Shown here piece after piece: positions 29,282 to 40,435 of a stretch of 64,000 nucleotides of DNA (its first letter is position 1; the number at the start of each line of letters is the position of its first letter). Under the pieces are notes generated by a model. It was not told where the DNA came from, did not search any database, and worked only from the letters and a program-made list of their open reading frames with translations. The stretch is taken from the NCBI GenBank assembly GCA_041671225.1, contig JBAZBY010000001.1, positions 827,740 to 891,739 on the forward strand. The letters run 5' to 3'. The DNA is from Patescibacteria group bacterium. Lineage in GTDB: Bacteria > Patescibacteriota > Patescibacteriia > JBAZBY01. The position numbers were made by a program, and so were the translations under genes.

Positions 29282-30337
29282 TTATTTCTTTATTAATTGC
29301 GTACCAAAGAAAAGACTATTTGGATCTGATGGGTGTAGTCTGAATGAGGTGATCTCACGCGAGGTTGGTATGGAGCGCACTGCCCATTCTTCGCCACCAT
29401 CAAACGAGCGGTGAAGCGTTCTCCCTGCGACAAAATACATCGTAAGAGGATCCGATGGATGCAAGCCGATATGTTTGATAGCGACCGTTTTCGATTTAAC
29501 AAGTGTATTCTGTAATACCCAGGAATCACCGGAATCAATACTCTTCAATATGCCATATGATGTTGCAAGATAAAGAAGATCTGGTGCCGATTCCCGGAAA
29601 ACAAGGTCATATAATTTCACTCGGCCTTGCACAATTTCTTCCCAGTTCTCATTGAGGTCCGCAAAACGCTCGCCGCCATCGCGTGTTCGCAGAAGATGGT
29701 GATCGGTTGTCAGAAGGTAAAAAGTATCACTATTGGTGGGATGATAAAAAATCTTTGCAATACCACGACTGATCCACTGCTGCACATCCCATGTCCCGGC
29801 AAAATCACTGCTCACAAGTACACCGCCCGTGCTGGTGGTTGCAATCACACGACCTGGCGTCTGCGGGTCAAGCGCAAGGTCGGTAATTGATTGGTCGCTA
29901 CGTGTTTCAATATAGACCTCGCTCCAATTTTCTCCGGCATCCACGCTTTTCAAAATGCTGCGATTATTTGTCGCATAGAGTGTCGATGGAGTTACGCGAT
30001 CAATAATCAAGCGGCCATAAGAACCTCGGGCAAGACCGGTCTTTGTCCACTGTTTACCCCCATCCAACGTTTTATAAATGCCAGCACCAAGCGATGGTGC
30101 ATAGATTATGTCAGGATCGACGGGATGAAAAACAATATCAAAAATATTGGTAAAATTGAGCGTGACAACATCCTCGCCTTGCTGTGCAACAAAATTACGT
30201 TGCTTAAATGTTTCACCGCGATCTGTGCTTGCAAAGATGCCGCCATCTGGCGGCGTATCTGCAATAAAACCACATGCAGCACCGGTAAACAGCAATGCAG
30301 AAAAAAACGCAACGAGCAAAAGTGTCTTACGTCTCAT
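29282..30337 (-). CDS. BNR/Asp-box repeat beta-propeller lipoprotein
   Basis: Signal peptide with a Cys lipobox (LLFTGAAC). Seven S-x-D-x-G-x-x-W/F Asp-box repeats (STDRGETF, TLDGGKQW, SVDAGENW, TRDGGERF, SIDSGDSW, SFDGGEEW...). Confidence 0.65.
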   Translation of the reverse strand: MRRKTLLLVAFFSALLFTGAACGFIADTPPDGGIFASTDRGETFKQRNFVAQQGEDVVTLNFTNIFDIVFHPVDPDIIYAPSLGAGIYKTLDGGKQWTKTGLARGSYGRLIIDRVTPSTLYATNNRSILKSVDAGENWSEVYIETRSDQSITDLALDPQTPGRVIATTSTGGVLVSSDFAGTWDVQQWISRGIAKIFYHPTNSDTFYLLTTDHHLLRTRDGGERFADLNENWEEIVQGRVKLYDLVFRESAPDLLYLATSYGILKSIDSGDSWVLQNTLVKSKTVAIKHIGLHPSDPLTMYFVAGRTLHRSFDGGEEWAVRSIPTSREITSFRLHPSDPNSLFFGTQLIKK

Positions 30338-31344
30338 AGTGTTACGAGTAATTGCTCATACACGCCCTGGGGTGAAACGTTTGCCGCAAGCAGCTTTCGT
30401 GCATGACGAATAAATCGCGCAAGAATACCCATGCGCCGTAAACTTAAACGACGCGAAAGACTTATAAAAACCGTCCTCAGTGCAGTGGATCGAATCGCGC
30501 TCGCTCCAAAAAGATGACCAGTGAGTAAATCTGAAAGAAGGATCTCAAGAATATCAAGCTGCTGCCGCACAGCTTCTGCATCCTGCATACGACTACGCAT
30601 TTCACGGCTTGCAGTGCGCTGTTCTAATATAGCAATGGTTTCCTGCATATAAAGACTGTGCTGCTCGCGTAATTCTGATGACATGACAAATGCTGCGCCA
30701 AGACGCAAACGACCATGCGCGAGTTCAAGTGTTAAGCGATCCTCCTCATTTTCTGTGGTGATCTGCAGAATCTCAGCAAGTGTATCATCGGCAAGTCGCG
30801 GCATGCGCAATACTTGGCAACGGGAAAGAATCGTTTTAGGAAAAGCTGATTCCGACTCACCAAGCAATATAAGTACCGCCTTTCCCGGCGGCTCCTCCAA
30901 AAGTTTTAGTATGCTTGCCATGGCTTCATGTGTCAGCATTTCTGCATGCACAATCACGCCCACGCGTCTCGAACCAATGAATGGCTTTTCGTGCATCGTA
31001 TGTTGAAAACTTCTCGCTGCATCAATGCCAATATGTGCTGCACCATCTTCAGGACGTAAAAAAACAATATCGGGATGAAGGTTGCTCATCCAGTCACGCG
31101 CAAGGTCTATAGTAAAATAGTGTGACGCTCCACTTCCTCGTGGTTCAAGCTCAACAAGTGCATTAGCAAAACCTTCAGCAAGCGAGGCCTTGCCGATTCC
31201 GCGTCGCCCGATAAATGCATAAGCATGTGCCGCACTTTCCTGCTTTCGTTGTCGAAGCAAAAGCTGAGTTAGTGCAGGATACGCCTTTGAAAAATCAACA
31301 GTCACAAAACAATGATAAACTTTTGTTCCATAAAAATATACCAA
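30334..31344 (-). CDS. holB: DNA polymerase III delta' subunit
   Basis: AAA+ clamp-loader motifs (GRRGIGKASLAEGFANAL, LKLLEEPP, SRCQ). Confidence 0.75.
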   Translation of the reverse strand: MVYFYGTKVYHCFVTVDFSKAYPALTQLLLRQRKQESAAHAYAFIGRRGIGKASLAEGFANALVELEPRGSGASHYFTIDLARDWMSNLHPDIVFLRPEDGAAHIGIDAARSFQHTMHEKPFIGSRRVGVIVHAEMLTHEAMASILKLLEEPPGKAVLILLGESESAFPKTILSRCQVLRMPRLADDTLAEILQITTENEEDRLTLELAHGRLRLGAAFVMSSELREQHSLYMQETIAILEQRTASREMRSRMQDAEAVRQQLDILEILLSDLLTGHLFGASAIRSTALRTVFISLSRRLSLRRMGILARFIRHARKLLAANVSPQGVYEQLLVTL

Positions 31345-31363
31345 AAATCAGCGCTTTTTGCAA

Positions 31364-32479
31364 CTATTCTTGAAGGAGAACGTTTCGAGTTTTTAAAGCA
31401 GCACTTTTCCATGAAAAGCCCGCCAATTGTTTGTGTCCCTTCTCCCGCAGCGAGACATTCTGTGCGTCATTTGTTGCAAGCGCGTACAGGCCTGCGGCAA
31501 TATCTTGGACGTTTTTTGGATCTGCAGAAAGTGCTGCCTCACCGGCAATTTCTGGAAGTGAGCCGGCACGTGAGATCAAAACTGGCGTTCCCGCAGCAAA
31601 TGCCTCAAGAACCGGAAAACCGAAACCTTCATAATTCGATACAAATGCAAATCCTTTTGCCATGTGCATAAGCACACGCAGATAACCGGCATCAGTATAC
31701 CCGAGCCGGTGAACTGTGCCATGCAAGTTATTCTCGCGAATAATCTTTTCTACCACATCTGCACCAAAACCATCGCCGCCAGCAAGAACAAGATCAACAT
31801 CATGCACGCCTTGACGCTGCACCTCCGCAAAGGCGCGGACAAGATTTGGCACATTCTTTTTCTGCTCAATGCGCCCGATAAAAAGCAAAAATGGTTTATG
31901 GAGCCCGTATTTTTTCCTGACGAAAGATTTTTCTTCTTCTGTTGGTTTCTCAGAATACCGCTCAAGATGAAAACCATGGTGAATGACGACAAAACGCTTC
32001 ACATCGACAGAAAAATGATGCTGAATGCGTTGTAATGTGAAGTGGGAAGGAACAATGACTCTTTCTGCGGTTCGCAGGGCATGCCGCAATGCAAACGCAT
32101 GATAGCGGCGTTCCCATGTTGGGTACAGTTCCGGAAAATCTTCAAATCCAATATCATGAATTGTTGTTACTGAGCGTGTTGTCTGAATCAGAGGAAGTGC
32201 GTGCGCTGGCGCAAAAAAGACATCAGGCTTCTTTGTCAGCATCTCAACCGAAAGTCGCCCCTGATGCCAAAAACGCTTCAGCGGCCAATGAAGCTCCCGT
32301 GTGGTGAAGCCAGAACCGAGATCTTTGAGGTCATCACGAAGTGGATTCTCAATATAGAGAATATACTCTTCGCTTTGTCGGATCTCAGCAAGCGCATGCA
32401 ATAAATCAAAAGCATACCACTCAGTGCCCGTACGGTTTGCGGCGTTCGCCTGACTCGCATCAACCCCAACACGTATCAT
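31364..32479 (-). CDS. GT4-family glycosyltransferase
   Basis: E-x7-E region with GFPVLEAFAAGTPV. Start placed at MIRVGVDAS (32479), overlapping the stop of the upstream mreB paralog. Confidence 0.8.
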   Translation of the reverse strand: MIRVGVDASQANAANRTGTEWYAFDLLHALAEIRQSEEYILYIENPLRDDLKDLGSGFTTRELHWPLKRFWHQGRLSVEMLTKKPDVFFAPAHALPLIQTTRSVTTIHDIGFEDFPELYPTWERRYHAFALRHALRTAERVIVPSHFTLQRIQHHFSVDVKRFVVIHHGFHLERYSEKPTEEEKSFVRKKYGLHKPFLLFIGRIEQKKNVPNLVRAFAEVQRQGVHDVDLVLAGGDGFGADVVEKIIRENNLHGTVHRLGYTDAGYLRVLMHMAKGFAFVSNYEGFGFPVLEAFAAGTPVLISRAGSLPEIAGEAALSADPKNVQDIAAGLYALATNDAQNVSLREKGHKQLAGFSWKSAALKTRNVLLQE

Positions 32480-33486
32480 GAGGTTGCGAGAATGCTTCGT
32501 TTGTATGAGTCCAAATTCTCCAACGCAATACCCGTACCACGAACAACACACAAATGTGCATCTTCTGCAACATACGCCGGTACCCCTGTTGCCTGTGCAA
32601 GGAGCCGATCAATATTCCGTAGCAATGAAGACCCGCCAGAAAGCATCATGCCTTTGTCCATAACATCCGCAGAAAGTTCCGGGGGCGTGATTTGCAACAC
32701 AGATTTCACTGCCTGAATAATCCCAGAAAGCTCATCCTGCAACGCCTCGGTAATATCATCGCTTGTCACAACAGTTGTGCGCGGGAGCCCGGAAATCATG
32801 TCACGGCCACGAACCTCAGATGAAAGCTGCTCCTCCATGAGCATAGCAGAGCCAATATCAATTTTTATCTGCTCTGCGCTTCGCTCACCAATAGCTATAC
32901 CGTATTTTTTGCGAATAAATTCCTGAATTGCAGTATCAAACTTATTTCCCCCGATGCGAATAGAGGTATTCGCAACGATCCCTCCAAGAGAAATAACCGC
33001 AATTTCTGCAGTACCCCCACCAATGTCAACAATCATGTGCCCAGATGCCGACCCAATAGGAATATCCGCTCCAATCGCGGCAGCAATAGGCTCTTTAATG
33101 ATATACGCGGCTTTTGCGCCGGCGGCAATGGTTGCATCAATAACGGCGCGACGTTCTGTTGAGGTAATACCAGCCGGGACGGCGATCATCACTTCGGGAC
33201 GCATGAGGCGTATCGCACCAACGGCCTTATTGATAAAATACCGGATCATCGCTTCGGTGGATTTATAATCTGCAATCACACCATCCCTCAATGGTCGGGA
33301 TGCAACAATGGTATCTGGGGTGCGTCCGATCATCTCTTTTGCCTCATCGCCAACGGCAAGAATTTTTTTGTCGATTTTAGACATCGCAACAACAGAAGGC
33401 TCGTTGATCACGATCCCCTTACCTGGAAGATGCACCAGTGTGTAGGTTGTCCCCAGGTCTATACCAATGCGTTTGTTGAACATCAT
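32476..33486 (-). CDS. MreB/Mbl-like actin homologue (copy 2, embedded in the glycosyltransferase cluster)
   Basis: IGIDLGTTYTLVHLPGKGIVINEPSVVAM; full-length actin fold. Roughly 50-55% identical to copy 1 by eye. Confidence 0.9.
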   Translation of the reverse strand: MMFNKRIGIDLGTTYTLVHLPGKGIVINEPSVVAMSKIDKKILAVGDEAKEMIGRTPDTIVASRPLRDGVIADYKSTEAMIRYFINKAVGAIRLMRPEVMIAVPAGITSTERRAVIDATIAAGAKAAYIIKEPIAAAIGADIPIGSASGHMIVDIGGGTAEIAVISLGGIVANTSIRIGGNKFDTAIQEFIRKKYGIAIGERSAEQIKIDIGSAMLMEEQLSSEVRGRDMISGLPRTTVVTSDDITEALQDELSGIIQAVKSVLQITPPELSADVMDKGMMLSGGSSLLRNIDRLLAQATGVPAYVAEDAHLCVVRGTGIALENLDSYKRSILATS

Positions 33487-35441
33487 TACTGTGTACGGAA
33501 GAACTGATCTTCATCGAATGCGGTGGAAAAAGTAACAGTGTCATTTTCCTTGGATTCCACTGCATTGCTCGGCGTGGCGTGCGCAATGGTTTTACCAAGC
33601 TTTATGGTACTCGTCAAGGTGGTTCGTTCCAAACCAGCTTGTTTCTGAACAGTAAGCTCATAGCCATCTTTACGCATTCGCCTGACAAGCTCATCCGGCA
33701 ATGCATAACGCAGAGTGGTCGTAATGGACTCACCAGGCTCTATACTGACAAATCCTGAAAATACCGTATACCCATGCGCGGCTCCAGTAGTTGCTTCCGT
33801 GGGCTGACCGTTGTGCAACTTGTCATTTGTTGCAAAACCACTTGATTCTAGAAGCTCACTACCAAATGGAACATAGGTACGAACATACGTTCGATAGCGC
33901 GAAATCAGTGAGGTGAATTCGCCGGTATGATGATATGTCATCGACACCGTTGCCTCGCCCGAATCAAGATCAACGTTATGTACAATGTTACGCTCCATCA
34001 CACTATCGGTTTTAAGGCTGGCAAGATTTGCATCAACAATATGCAAATAATCATTCGCCGTTGCCCGGAGAGATCCATCCCACGTGCGATCATGAAGCAC
34101 CGCCTGCACTTTTGGATCCTTTACATACAACAAGATATGACGCTCCTCGATGTTCTTGATAAAAACGCTCCAAAGACCTGGCCACTCTGCTTGTGGAAGA
34201 TTCTCCAATTTTGTAACAAGCTCCTGCCCAAGACTGCCAATAATACCCTTTCGCTCATTCCCCACTTCTCCACGCGCCACAAATCCCTTATCCACCTGAA
34301 ATCGCAACTCTTCAAGCGCATTTTCCTCAGTGAACTCAACACCATCCACGGTAATTGGACCAGTAATACCAAGGAGGTCTTTGAGGAGTACTGGAGTGAT
34401 TGCAATAACGCCATCAATATCGGGGGCATTCAAATCCTCCTCAGCATAGAGCGCCAACGCATCCTGGGCAGTCGTTGGAAAATCCGGAGACCAGTTTACA
34501 TCGCGGAAAAACCACTTATCAGCCGCGAGATACGCCTGGAGTGGCTCTGGTGCCTCACGGGTCACGCGAGGTTGTGCCGCTTCATCTAGATTGTAAACAT
34601 TGTCAGTACTAAATTCATTAACCTGACCGCTTGCAATATCAAGAATGCCATAGGTACCAATGAATCCGCCGGTTGGGCGAAGCTCCTGATTGTTCTGTAA
34701 AAGGAAAAGGTATGTTATTCCATCTGGATACCCAACGATATGTGGAAGAATACGCGTGAACGGCAATGCATTGTCGATGACATCTTCAATAAGCGGAAAT
34801 TGTTCGGCCAACTCAGCTGAAATATCTGCCAAAGGCCCAATGAGCCCAGAATCTGGAATATCATTAAAGGCCTTTTGCGCAATACTAAGGTGGTATTCAG
34901 CAGTTGCAAGGCTTTCCTCTCCGGCATCTAATGCGCCCAAAATCTGACGCCGTTCTTCATTCGTCAGTGAATCTGGCGTCAACTCCGTATTCTCCGTCAG
35001 TGTTGTGAGCGCTGCATCTGCAATATTGAGAATCTCTCGTATTGCGATACCTGTCTCCTGTGCGAGAAGAAGAAGATTATCTGCCGCAGAAACCTGCGTT
35101 CCCAAAAAAGGAACGAAGGTGAATAATCGGAAGGGGCCCATATCGTCGTGAGCCTCCGTGAATAGCGCGACGGCAGCATCGGTAGAATCTTTTGCGGCAA
35201 CAAAATCAAAAGCCAATGCTTCAATTTGTGCATCTTTAAAATACCGCTCACCTTCTCGTGCGCGTTGCTCAATATTCTTGGCGCGCACATATCCAGCAAA
35301 GCCAAGCGCGCAAAGAAGGATAACTGCAGCTCCAATAACACCCAGCAATTGCCAGCGAATGCGTCGTTGCGTTTTCTTTTTACCTGGCTTCAAGAAGTCG
35401 ACGTGCTTGTTAGCACTTTTCTTTCGTATGCTCCCCCTCAT
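33486..35441 (-). CDS. DUF4012-family membrane-anchored protein
   Basis: N-terminal TM. ELRPTGGFIGTYG matches the DUF4012 signature. This family co-occurs with polysaccharide biosynthesis loci. Confidence 0.65.
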   Translation of the reverse strand: MRGSIRKKSANKHVDFLKPGKKKTQRRIRWQLLGVIGAAVILLCALGFAGYVRAKNIEQRAREGERYFKDAQIEALAFDFVAAKDSTDAAVALFTEAHDDMGPFRLFTFVPFLGTQVSAADNLLLLAQETGIAIREILNIADAALTTLTENTELTPDSLTNEERRQILGALDAGEESLATAEYHLSIAQKAFNDIPDSGLIGPLADISAELAEQFPLIEDVIDNALPFTRILPHIVGYPDGITYLFLLQNNQELRPTGGFIGTYGILDIASGQVNEFSTDNVYNLDEAAQPRVTREAPEPLQAYLAADKWFFRDVNWSPDFPTTAQDALALYAEEDLNAPDIDGVIAITPVLLKDLLGITGPITVDGVEFTEENALEELRFQVDKGFVARGEVGNERKGIIGSLGQELVTKLENLPQAEWPGLWSVFIKNIEERHILLYVKDPKVQAVLHDRTWDGSLRATANDYLHIVDANLASLKTDSVMERNIVHNVDLDSGEATVSMTYHHTGEFTSLISRYRTYVRTYVPFGSELLESSGFATNDKLHNGQPTEATTGAAHGYTVFSGFVSIEPGESITTTLRYALPDELVRRMRKDGYELTVQKQAGLERTTLTSTIKLGKTIAHATPSNAVESKENDTVTFSTAFDEDQFFRTQ

Positions 35442-36259
35442 GTTGCGTCCTGCGCTGCTTCTTTTTTTTTCCGCTGATCAAAATACTTCATGAAATATTT
35501 GATGCCACTCAAAATATGAATACGCGTCGCTTTGGAAAAAATACCAGAAAGTCCGGGAGATTCCGCCGAGAGTCGTTGATGATAATGCACCATCTTTGCA
35601 TCCGCAATGTAATGAACCTCCCACTGTTGCTCCCAAAATCTACGACACCAATCAACATCCTCAAAATAGAGAAAAAACCGTTCATCCATTAATCCCACCT
35701 GATCGATGGCGGATTTGCGAATCAGCATCGATGCGCCAAGTACCCAATCAACGGTTCTGTTATTATTGTGATCCCAATCAAGCATAAGATATTCCTGAAG
35801 TGAGTTACGTGCCCATGGCAATCGCCCAAGTGGTGTACGCCGATACACAGGAACCATTCGTGATGGGAATTTGTAACAAGAAAGCTGCGTTGTACCGTCT
35901 GGGTTCACAAGACGCGGAGCAACTAAGGCGGCCTTTGGATTTTCCTGCAAAAAGTTGTAGAGTTTTTCAACTGCGCCATCAAGTACAGCAATGTCAGGGT
36001 TCACGATCAGTATAAAATCACCCTGCGATTTTTTGATACCAGCATTGATGGCTTTTGCTAAACCCACATTACTCGGCGAGCTGATATATGTGACGTTAGG
36101 AAAATGCTCCGCGATCATGTCTTTGCTTCCATCACCTGAATTATTATCGATGACAATAATCTCATAAGAGAGCTTGATATGAACCAAATCAAAACCACGA
36201 ATACACTGCTTGAGCAATCCTGGCGTCCTATAGTTTACGATAATAACGGAAATATCCAC
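35438..36259 (-). CDS. GT2-family glycosyltransferase
   Basis: ISVIIVNYRT...VIDNNSGDGS; DxD region. Confidence 0.8.
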   Translation of the reverse strand: MDISVIIVNYRTPGLLKQCIRGFDLVHIKLSYEIIVIDNNSGDGSKDMIAEHFPNVTYISSPSNVGLAKAINAGIKKSQGDFILIVNPDIAVLDGAVEKLYNFLQENPKAALVAPRLVNPDGTTQLSCYKFPSRMVPVYRRTPLGRLPWARNSLQEYLMLDWDHNNNRTVDWVLGASMLIRKSAIDQVGLMDERFFLYFEDVDWCRRFWEQQWEVHYIADAKMVHYHQRLSAESPGLSGIFSKATRIHILSGIKYFMKYFDQRKKKEAAQDAT

Positions 36260-36262
36260 GTG

Positions 36263-37276
36263 TTATGAAAAGTAATGATTGAGAGAGGCGGGATCAACTT
36301 TTTGATGCCGCTGAATCATGCGGCGTTTCTGAAGATAACGCGGTAAAAGTCTTAAAAACCGGCTATACCCTGCAATGACCTTTGGCTCACGGAATAGACG
36401 GTATAGCATTTTTGCTGCTTCTCGTCCAATAATGCGCGGACTGTTCTTCCAAAAAGTTCGTGCATCGAGATTCTTTACCAGGACCGCCGGAGCATTTGCC
36501 GCTGCAAGTTTGCGAAGATACAGAGGCCGCCCGTGCCGAGCAGAAATACTTTCACGAAGTGATGTGCCACCTTTAACATTGCGATAGTGCCAGGCGAGTG
36601 CATCCGGAAAAAATACGGACTTCCAACCTGCGCGCTGCAATCGCCACGCAAGATCACTGTCATCGGCATACGCAAAGAAATCTTCATCAAAATACTCACG
36701 CCCGTGCTTCACGCTTTCCAATGCCTCGCGGCGATACAATGCACAGGCGCCGCTCGGTCCAAAAATATCCTGCAGGGAGTCATACTGACCTTCATCCTTT
36801 TCTCCCTCTCCGCGGTTTACAAAATTTCTTGCGAGAGTACCCCGAAGACCCGTGGTATCCAGTATATCAGAGCGAATTGGCTCTCTCAAGTCATCGCCAG
36901 ATTCCCAAGAAAAACGCAAAAGCTTCCCTTGCACGCTCCCGAGTTCAGGATTTTTTTCTAACATGGTAATCGCCTGCTCAAGAAAATTTGGCGATAAGAG
37001 CACATCCGGATTAAGCACAAGAATGTATGGTGTCTGCGCCAGTGCAATAGTAAAATTTTGTGCTCGTGAAAATCCAAGATTATTTGAAAGTCGCATTATT
37101 TTGAAATGTGGGTACTCCTCACTCAGGAGCGTAAGCGTTTCATCTCGTGAGGCATTATCAACGATCCGAATGGCGATGTCCTTCCGTGTCTGAATCTCCA
37201 GTGCTTTGATGCACGGCAAAATAAACACACCGCTATTCCATGTAACAATGCTAATTGTGACGCTCGGCGATGTCAT
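36263..37276 (-). CDS. GT2-family glycosyltransferase
   Basis: ISIVTWNSG...VDNASRDET; DxD region. Confidence 0.8.
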   Translation of the reverse strand: MTSPSVTISIVTWNSGVFILPCIKALEIQTRKDIAIRIVDNASRDETLTLLSEEYPHFKIMRLSNNLGFSRAQNFTIALAQTPYILVLNPDVLLSPNFLEQAITMLEKNPELGSVQGKLLRFSWESGDDLREPIRSDILDTTGLRGTLARNFVNRGEGEKDEGQYDSLQDIFGPSGACALYRREALESVKHGREYFDEDFFAYADDSDLAWRLQRAGWKSVFFPDALAWHYRNVKGGTSLRESISARHGRPLYLRKLAAANAPAVLVKNLDARTFWKNSPRIIGREAAKMLYRLFREPKVIAGYSRFLRLLPRYLQKRRMIQRHQKVDPASLNHYFS

Positions 37277-38831
37277 GGTGTTGTGTGATAAAAAGTGCGC
37301 CGGAAAATAGAATCAGGAGTGCGCCGATGCCGAGTGGATGGTTAAGATACGGTGTGGTGAAGTGCGTCACCGCAAGAAAAAGAATTCCTGCAAGTAGAGT
37401 TATTGTTTCGGCATTATGCTGCATTCGGAATGCACGCAGCGCTTCACGAAAACCCGCAACAAGAAAGAAAAGAAAGATACAAAGACCAACGATGCCCGTT
37501 TTGACCATAAGATCCAAATATGACCACTCAAAAAGATACACCTTGATGGTCTCTACTATTTCTGTACCAGGAACAGGCGCGAGAAAAGAAACCGTTGTCC
37601 CAAATCCCCAACCAAAAAATGGGCGCTCTTGAATGCGCTCCCAAATCGGTTCCAGAAGAGATAACCTCGTTGATGCAGCGAGTTCTTGCGTTGGCCGTAA
37701 AAGGCTCATAAACCGATCAACAAAAATTTGCCCAACATTTGGAAACAAAAATACCAATACAAGCACACCAACCAGCCCCGTTATGCCCACTGCGCTTGCA
37801 GCGCGTACCCGAGCACGGCCAGACAAAAGAAAAACTGCAAAAAGAATGGCAAGTGCTATTCCAAGCCAAAGACTACGGGAAAAGCTTACCGCCATTGTTA
37901 TGCCATAGAGTAACAAGAGTACAAGGAGGTAACGTTTTCCTTTTGCAAACATCTTTTCTTGTTGCGCAACACGAACAAAAAGCCAAAGAAAGGCGAGAAA
38001 CAAAAAAACATGGCTTGAAAGAAAAACCCGAAAAAATGCACTCCCTACAAAAGAAACTTCTGCATTACCCGTGTCTCTCAGCCAACGATAGACCGCCGTC
38101 ATGCCTCCTCCCTCATTTTCATCCAAATATATTTTATCGGCGCTGCGCGTCGTGGTCTGAGCAAGGATCCCCTCTTCATTCGTCTCTCCTCGCAATGCAA
38201 TACGCTGCTCTTCAGTAATGGAAGTTGCTGCGGTAAAATCTCCTGTATCAAAAAAAAGTGTAAAGCTAAGAGAGATGAAAATGGTGAGAATTGCAATCGC
38301 AGTGGTAGCGCCAAGAAGTACCGGGAAAAAATTTTTCCACCACACTCTATCAAAAAGGACAAGTGTTAATGGCAGGAGGGCAAGATAAAAAATATAACCA
38401 TTTGCATCAAAATATACCAACGATGATGGGTCGCGAAAATAACCATAGAGCGCACCTCCAATAAAAAGAAGTATAAGCAACAGCCACGGCATACCATAGG
38501 GAGTACTCTGAAGCACAAAAATCCTTTTTTCCCGTCGTGCATGAACAAACCATGTAAACATAACAATGACAAACAATGCAAGTCGAATACCAATGACTTC
38601 GTCGCCGACGGGCACACTAAAAAGTGCACCTTTATTGCCAATCACCAGTTCAAAAAAGAAAATCACGAGTGCCCAAGAATAGGAACGAAAAGCGAGGAAT
38701 GTAAACCCAACGAGAAAGACAACGACAAGAAAAACGTGAAGCATTGGATATGCGAATACAATGAAAGAAAGAAGCCAAAGCACAAGCGTGCCGGCGAATC
38801 CTCCAATGGCAAGATATTTACTTTGCAGCAT
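37251..38831 (-). CDS. O-antigen ligase/polymerase-like (Wzy_C) polytopic membrane protein
   Basis: At least 10 TM helices and a large periplasmic loop with the SFSRSLWLG motif typical of O-antigen ligase/polymerase domains. Start uncertain (38831 vs 38903). Confidence 0.55.
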   Translation of the reverse strand: MLQSKYLAIGGFAGTLVLWLLSFIVFAYPMLHVFLVVVFLVGFTFLAFRSYSWALVIFFFELVIGNKGALFSVPVGDEVIGIRLALFVIVMFTWFVHARREKRIFVLQSTPYGMPWLLLILLFIGGALYGYFRDPSSLVYFDANGYIFYLALLPLTLVLFDRVWWKNFFPVLLGATTAIAILTIFISLSFTLFFDTGDFTAATSITEEQRIALRGETNEEGILAQTTTRSADKIYLDENEGGGMTAVYRWLRDTGNAEVSFVGSAFFRVFLSSHVFLFLAFLWLFVRVAQQEKMFAKGKRYLLVLLLLYGITMAVSFSRSLWLGIALAILFAVFLLSGRARVRAASAVGITGLVGVLVLVFLFPNVGQIFVDRFMSLLRPTQELAASTRLSLLEPIWERIQERPFFGWGFGTTVSFLAPVPGTEIVETIKVYLFEWSYLDLMVKTGIVGLCIFLFFLVAGFREALRAFRMQHNAETITLLAGILFLAVTHFTTPYLNHPLGIGALLILFSGALFITQHHDIAERHN

Positions 38832-39714
38832 ATGTTGGGCGAACAAAACGCCTAAAAAGCTTCTGGGGAAGCAGCGTAACAAGGAGTGCAATACCTGTCC
38901 CAAGAATTGCAGACGGCAAAAGGAGAAGATGTGCTGGGCTGTGAAATTTCTTGAAGTATCGCAGCATTGAGGTTTGATAAAGCAAGTGCCGGCGGAGTGG
39001 CCATAGTTGAATAGTACTCAGTCCTCCAAGGTGCATAGCACAAAAATTTGGATTATACACAATGCGCAACTTTCGCTCGCTCGCTCGTTTACAAAAATCT
39101 ACTTCCTCAAACCACAAGAAATACGTTCGGTCAAAACCACCAAGCTGGTCATATATTTTTCTTCTGAAAGCAAAAAGGGCGCCTTCTACTTGTTCAACGT
39201 CAGCGGCATCATCATAGGAAAAATCAATTGCACGATACTTTTGCAGAGGCTCTGCATCAAAGAAAAACGTACTGAGTTTTGAAAGAATAATTGCCTGGTC
39301 GCTAAGGCCAGGAAAACGATGAACGGATCGCTGAATCGTGCCGTCTTCGTTAAGTACCTTACCGCCAAGTACGCCGATCGAACCATCCGCATCAAGTATC
39401 TCCGAAGCATGGCGCAGTGTGTCTTGATACACAACGACATCCGGATTAATGAGAATGATATTACGTCCTTTTGCACGTGCAACTCCTTGAGTAACCGCTG
39501 TTGCAAACCCAAGATTTTTTCTATTTAACACGTACATGCTATTGGGGAGGCTCGCAAGACTTGCTTGCGTCCCATCATGTGACGCATTATCAATAACAAT
39601 CACCTCAAACGAAATACCCTCTGACTTGGAAAGTGCATGCAAACAACGCTCAAGTGCGGTACGCACATTCCAGGAAACGACAATGGCAGATATATCTGGA
39701 TTTGTACCACTCAT
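38818..39714 (-). CDS. GT2-family glycosyltransferase
   Basis: ISAIVVSWNV...VIDNASHDGT. Confidence 0.8.
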   Translation of the reverse strand: MSGTNPDISAIVVSWNVRTALERCLHALSKSEGISFEVIVIDNASHDGTQASLASLPNSMYVLNRKNLGFATAVTQGVARAKGRNIILINPDVVVYQDTLRHASEILDADGSIGVLGGKVLNEDGTIQRSVHRFPGLSDQAIILSKLSTFFFDAEPLQKYRAIDFSYDDAADVEQVEGALFAFRRKIYDQLGGFDRTYFLWFEEVDFCKRASERKLRIVYNPNFCAMHLGGLSTIQLWPLRRHLLYQTSMLRYFKKFHSPAHLLLLPSAILGTGIALLVTLLPQKLFRRFVRPTYAAK

Positions 39715-39715
39715 A

Positions 39716-40435
39716 TCAAAGAGGCAAACGAAGATAAAGTTTGAAAAGAAAACGCTTGATCGCTGAGCTGCCTGGCAGTTGAAAGCGCTTTCGAAAATCC
39801 TCCTCTAGTATACCAGAGGTTGCAGCACTGATGGAGTGCTCGCGAATTGGAGTGGAATAAAGACTTCCCTTCACCCGAATCCCCTGCTTTCCAGCACGTG
39901 CAAGTCGCAACCAAATCTCCCAATCCTGAAACCTAGGTAGTGATTCATCAAAACCAGTAAAATCTCGTGCGCGGAGTAATGCCATCGTTGGTATGTAATT
40001 CTGGATCTCCAAAAGTCGAAGGGAAAAGCGGGGCACATGAAAAAATCGATCCCCAAAAATAAACGGGCCATATGCAAAACTCATGTATGGATGCATGTCC
40101 AATGCATTGCTGAGTCGCTCAAGAGTATCCGGTTCCAAGATGGTGTCGGCATCACAAAAAAACAGGTACCCATCATGTATGCCCGACGCGCCAACATTAC
40201 GCGCTATTGATGCGCCACGTGAATCCGCACTCTCTGGTTTTGGATTCCTGATGATCGTCAGAGGAAGGCGATCCTTCCATACTTCTACGAGAGCTACTGT
40301 TTTATCTGTCGAATAATCATCAACAAGAATAATACGCTCTGCTGTTCTCGTTTGCAGAGCAATACTTTTAAGGCAACCATCGATACTCTCGGCGGCATTC
40401 TTTGCCGGAATGATGAGTGTTATTCGTTCTCCCAT
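39716..40435 (-). CDS. GT2-family glycosyltransferase
   Basis: ITLIIPAKNAAESI...LVDDYSTDKT. Confidence 0.8.
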   Translation of the reverse strand: MGERITLIIPAKNAAESIDGCLKSIALQTRTAERIILVDDYSTDKTVALVEVWKDRLPLTIIRNPKPESADSRGASIARNVGASGIHDGYLFFCDADTILEPDTLERLSNALDMHPYMSFAYGPFIFGDRFFHVPRFSLRLLEIQNYIPTMALLRARDFTGFDESLPRFQDWEIWLRLARAGKQGIRVKGSLYSTPIREHSISAATSGILEEDFRKRFQLPGSSAIKRFLFKLYLRLPL